Below, in pieces: positions 48,159-57,970 of a stretch of DNA of 57,970 nt; the stretch's first letter is position 1; each line of letters opens with the position of its first letter. A program made the position numbers and the translations under genes. This stretch comes from Moniliella sp. 'wahieum' (Eukaryota), in the NCBI GenBank assembly GCA_003971905.1, contig RSEE01000118.1, positions 124,001 through 181,970 on the forward strand, read 5' to 3'. The notes under the pieces were generated by a model, which saw only the letters and a list, made by a program, of their open reading frames with translations, was not told where the DNA came from and did not search any database.

Positions 48159-50026
48159 TCATTTGCGTCCCCGCCGCTTCTCGTTCGGGTTGCGTCGGCC
48201 CATCCCAATTGCTGGTAGTCCCATGTAGACCGAGTTGGCATCCAAGCTCCCCCATCCAGCCCCTGCCCCAAACGCGGCATCCGCGCCGGACCGCCTTGCC
48301 TCGTCGGCCGCCTTTTGTGCACGCCGATTCGCCTTGCTTGTCTCGGACTGATCCTTGTGCAACGCACGCTGCCACTCCTTCTGGTCTTCACGCAGAATCG
48401 GTTCTTGGTTCCGGCCCGCACCGCCGCGCGTCGGGCCCTCCGACGCACGGCCCATCTTAGGGGCCGGCAAAGAGTAGATCAAACCGCGTGTTTTGGGTTG
48501 GTAGTTGGCCTTGAGGTGGACGTGGACGCCCATCGCAGCGGCCGTGCCGGCCACAGCTTGGGTCGGGGCTTTGCCCGTCGCTGTCACGCTCACTCGGTTC
48601 AACGTCGCTCCACCAGACGGGGCAAAACTTGCGCGTCACGTCCCGACACAGTTTCATGCACCCATGGCGCAGCATCCAACTCTGCACCTTGGTCACCCGC
48701 TTGCCTCCGATGCTCACCAGCGTCACCCCCATCGACAGCAACACATTCTGCACCGCAAAGTCCCCACTCACACAGGCCACCCCCATTGGTTTCTTGGCTT
48801 TGGCCTTGACCTCGTCCGCATTCTGAGCATCCCCTCCCACCGCGGCCTTGGCTTCCGCACGAGCTTTTTCCGTGACTAAACCCGCCGCCACCGTCTTGTG
48901 TTCCGCCACATTGCTCGCCGTGATCCACTCCCCGCCTTCCCCCTCCGAATCCTCCTCGGCCTCAGCAGCTGCGGCAGCTTGTGCTTGCTCCAACGCCGTC
49001 AGCCCTTCAAGCGACCCGGACGGGTGGGCGTGGGCAGCGGCGGGGGGGCGAGCGCCGGCGCTGATGTCTGGGCTGGTTGGGTGAAAGGAGCAGATTGCTC
49101 ATTGGAAGCCGAGATGTGACCGTAGTACCCTGCTCAGGCTCGGGGTACTCGCATAGCTGTTGTGGATTCAGCCGCTGCGGCTTGTGGTGCCGGACCAGAC
49201 GCAGAGGCAGGGTAGGAAAGAGGTGCAGAGTCCGAGCCAGAAGCAGGAGTAGAAGCAGACTCAGATTCCGATGCAGGGACAGAGACAGGCGCAGAGGTAG
49301 AAGCAAGAGCAGGAGCGGCAGAAGTTGAAGCGGGGGAAGAGGCTGACGCAGTCGCCTCGGTTGTGGTTTGCTGGTCCAGCTTAACTTGTTTGGCTTGGGC
49401 GCGCGTGCGCGCTCGTAAGCCTGTTGGCCCGTCTGTCCACCGGGGCGATCGCGGATGCGCCACTCGCCATGCGCAGCCAGCTCGAGCGACAAGGCGAGTG
49501 CGACCACGTCCAAATGGGCCGGACAGGACCGCCAAATCTCCCGTTTGGCGAGCAAAGGTGCGTACCCGTGCTAACGCACTGGCGGGGGGACGGACAATGT
49601 GCAACCGTTCCTGGCCCAAGACCACCTTCATATGCTCAAATGCCTCGCGCGCATGTACATCCTTAATCTCAGCGGCCACGGACGATGGGATCCAAACATG
49701 CGCCGCCCGTAGCGGCTCCACTCCTGCCCCGGTCAAGAGGGGGCTGGCGTCCAGGACGACATGCTCGATGCCCCACCCGCTTGCAGGCGCAGGGGGCAGC
49801 GAGGGCAGCGAGGGAGCGGCTCCATACACCTTCTTCTCGCCCTGCTGCTCACCCGGAGCAGACGCAGAGGAGGCAGGAGGCGGCGCGGCGGGCGCGGCGG
49901 GTTCTCGGAGGCGGAAACATGGGTCTTGGCGTGGGCCGGGTCGGCGGGAGCCCAGCAGAAGGTGCAGGCGCCGGCGCAGCCACGGGCGGGGGCTGCGCGC
50001 GCCGCCATCTCGGCAAAGGACACCAT
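48159..50026 (-). CDS. NOB1: 20S pre-rRNA D-site endonuclease Nob1 (PIN domain + zinc ribbon; frameshifted)
   Basis: HVVLDASPLL, VAAEIKD, FARQTGDLAVLS..DLDVVALA, GEWITASNV, VACVSGDFAVQNVLL, zinc-ribbon remnant with RKFCP, GRRNPN tail. Confidence 0.9.
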
Positions 50027-50280
50027 GGTTGGGTTGGGGTGGTATGGGAGGGCTGCGCCAGAAGCGAGCTTGTCTTGGGATTTTTTTTTTGCGCCGGCGG
50101 GGGGGGGGCGTGAACATTTCACAATTCATTCGGTGCAAGAGGAGATGCACATTGAACGATGAATATGAATCCCTCAGCCTCGGAAATCATTAATCACGGC
50201 TGAAATATGATACCATTTCATTTTCCCGCCCTTTCCGTTCCAAGCGGCGTGGCCAGCCAGCCAGACGCGCGCAACCCTAC

Positions 50281-50501
50281 ACGCGTACGCGCCGACCGAC
50301 ACTGCCCCCCCGCCCTCCCCCAGGCTACACCGGCGCGTCGCCTGCTCCCACGCGACGCGAAGCGGGCGGGGTGGCGCAGGGGCAGTGTGTGTGCGGCGTC
50401 GCTGGAAGCTTGCGCGAGGCAGGCCCCGGCGCTGAAAAAAACGCCAACGCGTCGCCCATCCATCAGCAGCCTCGTCCTCTCAACACAGCCCACGCGTCGC
50501 C
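50281..50501 (+). promoter_or_regulatory. MCB (ACGCGT) cell-cycle elements upstream of RNR1
   Basis: ACGCGT at 50281, 50447 and 50492, plus GCGCGT near 50333. RNR large-subunit genes are canonical MBF targets in yeasts. Confidence 0.6.
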
Positions 50502-50544
50502 TCTTCCTTCTCTTCTTCCGCCCACCACCTCTCCTTCGCTGCCC

Positions 50545-53234
50545 ATGATCTACGTCTACAAGCGCGGTGCGTGTCTCCGCCTCGCCCCCGCGGCGGTTGC
50601 TGCTCCTGCCCTGCGTCTGCGCTGCTGACCCCCCTCCTTCCGCCCCCCTCCCAGACGGCCGCAAGGAGTCGGTCAAGTTTGACAAGGTCACTGCCCGCAT
50701 CAGCAAGCTCTGCTACGGCCTCGACTCAAACTATGTCGACCCCATCGAGATCACGCGGCGGGTCATTGAGGGCATCTACGATGGCGTAACCACGGTCGAG
50801 CTTGACAACCTGGCTGCCGAGACTGCCGCGTACAAGACGACGACCCATCCGATTATGCTGTGCTCGCGGCCCGCATTGCCATTTCCAACTTGCACAAAGA
50901 GACCAAAAAGCAGTTTAGCAACGTCATCCAGGACCTGTACGACTATGTCAACCCCAAGACTGGCAAGCACGCGCCCATGATTTCGACCGAGACGTACCAA
51001 GCCGTCATGGCCAACCGGGACCAGCTCGACGGCGCCATCATCTTTGAGCGGGACTTTCATTACAACTTTTTCGGGTTCAAGACGCTCGAACGTTCTTACC
51101 TCCTCCGCATCAATGGCAAGGTCGCTGAGCGGCCTCAGCACATGCTGATGCGTGTCGCTGTTGGTATCCACGGTCACGATGTCGAGGCAGCTATCGAGAC
51201 GTACAACCTCATGTCCGAGCGGTACTTTACCCATGCCTCTCCTACTCTCTTCAACGCTGGTACGCCACGCCCCCAGATGGCCTCCTGTTTCCTTGTTGCA
51301 ATGCAAGAAGACTCGATTGAGGGGATTTACGACACACTCAAGACGTGTGCGCTGATCTCCAAGACAGCGGCGGGATTGGACTGCACATCACACACACATT
51401 CGTGGCACTGGCTCCTACATTGCCGGCACGAATGGTGAGCAATGGCATTGTTCCCATGCTCCGCGTCTTTAACAACACGGCTCGCTACGTTGACCAAGGC
51501 GGCAACAAACGTCCTGGTGCGTTTGCCATCTACGTTGAGCCGTGGCACTCGGACATTTTTGAGTTTGTCGAGCTCCGCAAGACGCATGGCAAGGAAGACT
51601 TTCGTGCCCGCGAGCTTTTCTACGCGCTCTGGATCCCCGATTTGTTTATGAAGCGCGTCCAGGCCAATGGGGAATGGTCGCTCATGTGCCCCAACGAGTG
51701 CCCTGGGCTGTCGGATGTGTATGGCGACGAGTTTGAAGCGCTGTATGAGCGGTACGAGCGCGAGGGCCGCCAAGCGGACAGTCAAGGCACAAAAGTTGTG
51801 GTATGCCATTCTCGAAGCCCAAACCGAGACGGGCAACCCATTCATGTTGTACAAGGACGCGGCCAACCGCAAGTCCAACCAAAAGAACCTGGGTACCATC
51901 AAGAGCTCCAATCTGTGCACCGAGATTATGGAGTACAGTGCGCCGGACGAGGTGGCCGTGTGCAATTTGGCGTCCATTGCGCTTCCCACTTTTATCGATC
52001 AAGCGACCAAGACGTACAACTTTGCCAAATTGCACCAGGTGGCCAAGGTGCTCACCTCGAACCTGAACAAATTATCGATGGCAAACTATCCTGTGGAGCA
52101 GGCGCGCAAGTCCAACATGCGTCATCGTCCCATTGGCATTGGAGTGCAAGGATTGGCGGATGCGTTCCAGATCTTGGGGATGCCGTTTGATAGTCCCGAG
52201 GCGCGGAAGCTCAATGTGGAGATCTTTGAGACGATCTACCATGCCGCCTTGGAGCGTTCGTGCGAGATTGCAGCTGAGTTGGGGCCCTATGAGACTTACG
52301 CAGGCTCCCCCGTCTCGCAAGGGCAGCTGCAGTACGATATGTGGGGGGTTAAGCCTTCGGACGCTGGGACTGGGCCGAGCTCAAGACCAAGATTGCTCAG
52401 CATGGCATTCGCAACTCGCTGTTGCTGGCTCCCATGCCTACGGCCTCCACCTCCCAAATCCTCGGATTCAACGAATGCTTTGAACCGTACACGTCCAACA
52501 TTTATTCGCGCCGTGTGCTCGCTGGCGATTTCCAAGTGGTCAATCCGTGGTTGCTGCGGGACTTGGTCGAGGCAGGGCTGTGGGACGAGACGATGAAGAA
52601 TCGGATCATTGCCCATGGCGGCTCGATCCAGGGTGTGGACGGGATCCCATCCCATATCAAGGCACTGTACAAGACGGTCTGGGAGATTTCGCAAAAGGCC
52701 ATCATTGATATGGCTGCCGACCGAGGCGCGTTCATTTGCCAATCGCAAAGCATGAACTTGCACCTTCAAGCCCCTACCTTTGGTCAGCTTACCTCGATGC
52801 ACTTTTACGCTTGGAAAAAAGGATTGAAGACGGGTGCTTATTACCTCCGCACCCGACCCGCTGCCAACGCCATCCAGTTCACCGTCAGCCAAGAAGAACA
52901 GAACCTGGCCAAGGCAAGGCAAAGGAAGAACGTGCGGCGCAAAAGGCGAAACAAGCGGCTTCGAAACAATTGGCTACATCGGCGCCGTTGACTCCGTCGT
53001 TGCCTGCTACCCCTTTGGCTGCGGACGGAGTGGTGGCTGCCCCAGCCGCCCTCCCTACTTCCGGGTCGCCCAACCCATCGCCGATCGCCCTGGTGCAGAG
53101 GGCCAAGCTCAGGACCCAAGCCAAGACCCAGGCTTCCTCGCAGCGTTGGAGCGGCAGCGCCAACGACAACTCGAGGCGGATAAGTTGGCTTGCAGTTTGG
53201 AAACCCGGGAGCGTGCACAATGTGCTCGGGGTAA
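50545..53234 (+). CDS. RNR1: Ribonucleoside-diphosphate reductase large subunit (intron 50567-50654; frameshifted)
   Basis: ATP cone [102 protein letters not shown]-terminal CTMCSG*. Confidence 0.97.
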
Positions 53235-53567
53235 GTATGGGAAAAGGTGGTCCGGGTCTGGGTGTCTGCGCTTGGCTGGGAGGAGCCTTTTTTGCAGCAT
53301 CTATGGTTCTGTAATGTACACATTCGCTTGTCCTCGTCCTTGCTTCTACCGTAGAACCGTATATGTGTCCAGGCCGCGGCGAGGGTAAGAGCGGATCAGC
53401 AGAGACACGATTAGGAGCCAAATGTGGAAATTGGGGTGCGTGATTTGGCGGGAAAATGGAGGGATGGTACGGCACAACCTGGCACAACAAAAGGAAGGCA
53501 GCGCAGCGCAACGCGAAGAGTCGTCCCGCCCCCCGCCCCCCGTTCCGAGCTTTGGAATCCACCCTAT

Positions 53568-54888
53568 TCAGTCGGCTTCGAACAGCATCGACATGCCAAA
53601 TTTGTGGGCTGGCTTCACGTCCGACGCATCTTGGAGCCCTCGGGTGTTGAGCGCCAAGCCCAGAGCGCCCGTCACATTCGGGCTGCCGAGGCGTGTAGAT
53701 AGGTCGTGGTCAGCCGAGCCGCGTGCGAAAAAAGAGAAAGAGCCAGGACAAAAAAAGAAAAAAAACGTACTGCAGTCGTTGAGTGTAACCAAACGACAGA
53801 ACCCCATTGTTGTTCATCTTGGCCTTAACAAACGTTGTGGGGCCCAAGAACCTGACACGAGTAAGGGAAGGAGAAAGGCGAAGGGTCAAGGGTCATCGAA
53901 GGTCAGATAGACAGACAAGGGAGACGCATCCGTACTTTTTCGTGCCCACCTCAACGGCCACATCAGCAGAACGGACGGGATCGTACACGGCCGAGCCGGC
54001 GACCTGCACCGACGCAGATGCATTGTGGTGGTAACATGCCTTGTAGATCGACAAGTTGGACAGCGCAAGCAGGGCCAAGGTATAGTCGCTCGTCGCGAGC
54101 CCCACACCAAAGTCGTACCGAGAAATGCGGGCGTTCTTACATCGTACGAAACCTCGGAACCGGCCAGGACGCCGTCGCGTCCCAGCACCGCACCCGATGT
54201 GACCGTCGGCCCATTGAAGAGATCGACAAACGTGCGGGTATGCACACCGGGTTGCTTGTAATGCGCTGCGCGCAACACCGATCGACGCGCCAACTTGTCA
54301 GGCTGCAAGGTCGTGATGGCCTCGAGCTTAAACCCATTGGCTACGTGGTTGTCCAGCTCGATATGGGAGCGAAGAACGTTGGCGTCGCTCCAGGCAGTGG
54401 TGACTGCGTACCCACCTGACCGTAGACCGAGTGACGAAGAGACAGGTTGGGCGAATTTGACTTCGACTTTGGTCCCGATTTTGTTCGTTGCATTGTTCCG
54501 GTTGCCCAGCACGCGGAAGGTGGTGCCGTTTGCGGCGCGGCTGCGGACTTGGATGTCGGAGGTGATGATGGGGCTGGGCAGAAGAGGGTGGCGAAGGTGA
54601 GTAGGAAGGGAAGAGGGGGGGAGCAAGATACGCACTAGTCCTTTTGTAGTAGGTTGTCCGCCGCCTTGCTCAGTTCGTGGAAGCCAGGGGGGATGACAGG
54701 CACGGCAAGCGTGGATGGCGTCGACGGGGATGGAGACGGGGGGACGGGGATGGAGATGGGGACGGAGCCGGGGGCGAGGGCGGAGGAGGGTGTGGGGGCG
54801 GGGGGGGGGGGCGGGCGGCGAGGACGAGGGTGAGGGGGATGGGGGGCGGCGTCTGGGGCGTGGCCGAGGGCGCGGCGGGGCTGGACAT
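53568..54888 (-). CDS. POR1: Mitochondrial outer-membrane porin (VDAC), divergent, with Pro-rich N-terminal extension; several introns
   Basis: PPW..LSKAADNLLQKDYP, AWSDANVLRSHIELDN, YKQPGVHTR..DLFNGPT, GRDGVLAGSEVSYD, CYHH, VEVGTKKY, FVKAKMNNNG, AHKFGMSMLFEAD*. Confidence 0.88.
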
Positions 54889-55618
54889 GGCCGCGGGGTG
54901 AATGCGGTGGATGGGCAGCTGGGATGCGCGGCAGGCTTTGCGCTGCGGCTGCGTCGGCCTGGGCTCGACGCGGCGGCTGCCATTAGAAATGGCGGCGCCA
55001 GGCATGAACGTTTCACACCCGCCCCGTGCCTGCCTGCCTGCAGCGGCCATCTGGCACCACCTTGCCTTTTGCCGCGTTGGCGCCACTGGCTGCTGCTCTG
55101 CGCCGCCTCCCCAGTCTTCGCGGTGGCGCCCGTTCCCATCTCATCTCCCCCATCTCTCGCACGGTGTGACCCGACCCATTCTCTATTCCTGTCCATGTAT
55201 GCCTGTGACATGTTGAAGATCTGCATGCGTGCTCTCCTCGGACCGGGCGTGGGCATTTGCGCTACGTGCTCCAGCCTAATGTAGACACCCCCCACACTCA
55301 CACATCCGGCAGACGATGGAAGGCAGGATCAAATCAAGGACCCAGCCCTGGGCGCTACTAGTAGACGTCTCCGAGGAGCAAGCAGGCTGACCGCCACAGG
55401 ACTGAACAACCATGCGTCTTGCGGCTGATGGGAAGGAAGGCAGTGGGGAATCAGAGAGAAAGCAGGAACGAAGGGAAAAGCAGAGGTCGGACCAGGACAC
55501 GCATGCTCAGCCTTCAAGCGTCAAGCTTCAAGGCCGAGCATGCATCGCCCACTCCCCGCGCCCTGGTCTAAGCAGAGGACCTAGGCAGAGGCATGCAAGG
55601 GAAGGAAGACAAGAACGG

Positions 55619-56809
55619 TTAGGAGCTGAAACCCGACAAGCTCGCGTCGCCCCCCGGCACGGGCGATTGACCTTGGATCGCCAGACGAGCTTCCAAGTGA
55701 CGCAGGCTCTCTTCCTTGGCCAGCAGTTCCTGTCGCTTCTCCATAATCTCCCGCTGGACCTTGAGCTCAATCTCACGCAACTTGTCTTCCTCCCGCCGCA
55801 GCTGGTCCTCCTTGAGCCGTACACTTTGGTTCGCCAGTTCGTCCCGGCACAGGTTGGTCGGCATAGGCTGGGTTGACGGTGCGCGACAGTTTCTCGGTAC
55901 GATAGTTTTCGTACAAAAAGTCCGACGTGATTTCCTTCAGGTCAGCAAGATGGGTGCTAAGCAACGCAGAGCGAAGACGGGCAAAGTCGCTGTGTTCCGG
56001 GTTCTCCACTTCCACCATGCCCCAGGGGTAGGAGCGTCGCGAATGGGCTCGCCATCGACCACCACCACCTCCTCCGAACCAACAATCGCAAACGGAGCAT
56101 GGAGCGCAGCTCGCTGTTGTCCGCAACGGTGTCCTCATCATCTTCCTCCACGTCGTACGGGAAGTTGTAGATGGGGATGCTGTAGTACTCAATGTCCTCG
56201 ACAATCTGGCAGCACACAGCGGGTGCTACGTTAGCATACATGCAGGCATATGACGCAGGAGTGTGCTACGCACCCGCTTCTTGAATGCAATGCGCTCGCT
56301 CGCGTGTGAGCGTGTCGGCCTTGCCAATGACGGGGATCACATTGACCCGGGGCGAAAGACGACGCATGACTTCAATGTCGATCTCGCGGAGTGCATGGCC
56401 AGTGGGCGTGATAAAGTAAAGCAGCGCATGGACACGGTTGTCGCGGAAGCGCGGAGAACGCTTGATGCGGCTCTCCTCGGCGACCAAATCATCAAACTGG
56501 CGCTCGAGGAAGCCCACAATCTCAGCAAACTGCGCATCATTGTCAATGTTGTCGCCAAAGCCAGGCGTGTCGACAATGGTCAGTCCAATCCGCATCCCAT
56601 CCTCCTCGAGCTCGACATTGACGGCTTAATCTTGATGGGCTCCTCGACGGCCGCTTGGCCGGGTCATCGCTGATCTTGTGGCTCAGCACCTCGCCGCCGC
56701 AGAGGGTGTTGACAAAGGTGGTCTTGCCGGTCCCGCTGGCTCCGACAACCATGAGGGAGAAGGAGACACCCTTCTTGGTGGCGCGCCGGCGCGAGGCAAA
56801 GGTGGGCAT
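55619..56809 (-). CDS. CDC11: Septin, Cdc11/AspA group (intron 56206-56273; frameshifted)
   Basis: [91 protein letters not shown]-terminal coiled coil. Confidence 0.93.
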
Positions 56810-56861
56810 GGTGGGTGCGGGGTGGTGGGGGAGGGGCGGGCAGAGGGGTGGGACGGTGGAC

Positions 56862-56897
56862 GCAGGAGCAGGAGCAGGAGCAGGGAGCAGGAGCAGG
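56862..56897. repeat. (GCAGGA)n hexamer repeat in the septin 5' leader
   Basis: About 6 slightly imperfect copies, read directly. Confidence 0.8.
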
Positions 56898-57970
56898 CCA
56901 ATGCAGGCGCCTGCCTGTCTGGGTGCTGGCGCAAGCGGGGGGCAGCGAGCAGGGCGGCGCGCTGCCTGACCTCGGTCTGCGCGCTGGCGTCCGCACAGCG
57001 CCGCTGCGCTCGCTCTGTCCCGGCCCACACTGGCCGTGTGCGCCCGCCACCGTGGGATCCACTCAGCACTGGCGCCGTGCTGCGGATGGGTGGGTCGCGC
57101 GCGTCCGGCACGGGGCCAGCATGCGCTGTCCGGTTGCTCCACACATGTGATGGAGGCGTGATGATCGATGAAGCTTGAAGCGTGAAGGAAGGCGGGAGGC
57201 GGCGGCCGTGCTGAGGTAACCGGTAACAGTGACTAGTGACTAGCTGGTGATGCACTGGCCATCGCCAGGCTTCCTTCCGACCGTCGTCCGCCCCTGCCCA
57301 ATCAAGCCCATCTGAACTCCGCCACCACTTGTGTTACGAGCAACATCGAGTCAATATCTATGGAGCGCAAGTCCAATAGAAACGCATTAGTCACGGTCAA
57401 AAAGGCCGATGCGGCAAGCGGCGCCACAGCCCCGTCTTGATTAGTACTCTTCTGCGGGGGGGTTGCCAAAATTCGTCAAAAGCACGACGAGCAATTCATG
57501 TAGCCCAGCAAACGACAAGCGTATAATTGCCACATGACTGAGTATTTTCACGGGGTATGTTCAACCTTCAGTCTGACCGGGATAGAAATAGTACAGAGAG
57601 GCCGTCGGCTCAGACCGTAAAGTTCGCGTGTTCCATGTCAAAAAGCTGAAGAACTTTCTCGAGGAGAGGTTGTCAAACAGGTTTTGGGAAAGGTCGACAG
57701 TCTTCGTATGTGACTATCACGCGAGTTTTCAAACCTGTGACCTACCCGTTTGCCCGCTGTCATTTCCTTCTTGCCAAGAGCAAGAGAAACACTATCAAGA
57801 GGAGATCGACGCCCTGTGGCCTGGAACAGATCCCAGATCCGGTGACGGAATCAAATCTATATACGAGAGGGTTCCACATTCTCTGATCCGTACTTAGTAC
57901 TTACTCCTCATACCAATTCCAATGTCGCAAACTCTCTTATTTGCACGAACTGTGTGCACTCTTCAAGAAT

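Noticed and set aside
24709..53234. Functional cluster of ribosome-biogenesis and nucleotide genes (RRN6, RPL32, RPL16, NUP133, NOB1, GUD1, RNR1)
   Set aside because: Housekeeping genes interleaved with unrelated ones; no evidence beyond chance in a compact genome.
389..56809. Frameshifts in nearly every gene, read as mass pseudogenisation, programmed frameshifting or RNA editing
   Set aside because: They hit essential genes (RPL32, KAR2, RNR1, NOB1) whose protein sequence is otherwise well conserved, and are mostly single-base losses. This is the typical signature of unpolished long reads.
57628..57897. 89-aa ORF at the window edge
   Set aside because: Non-ATG start, no recognisable motif, and the context is truncated.

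Overview
GC-rich, gene-dense fungal nuclear DNA, most likely a basidiomycete. Short GT-AG introns with CTAAC/CTGAC branch sites, low intron density and protein style suggest Ustilaginomycotina-like (inference). Recognisable loci in order: intron-containing tRNA-Val(AAC), a degenerate NDUFAF7/MidA-like protein, a PRXL2/AhpC-TSA_2-like protein, MAM3/CNNM, a Mn-type CDF transporter, PMT1, SFC1, intron-containing tRNA-His(GTG), probable RRN6, a head-to-head RPL32/RPL16 pair, KAR2/BiP, NUP133, a DUF2358-like protein, GUD1, a branched-chain aminotransferase, NOB1, RNR1, a divergent VDAC and septin CDC11. Almost every CDS, including essential ones, is broken by single-base indels, which points to unpolished long-read assembly error, so CDS coordinates are approximate. 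I found no mobile element, CRISPR array or biosynthetic cluster, and no clearly new multi-gene system. The best leads are a NDUFAF7-like protein that lacks its SAM-binding loop, and a shared vocabulary of palindromic 13-24 nt words recurring in distant intergenic regions.
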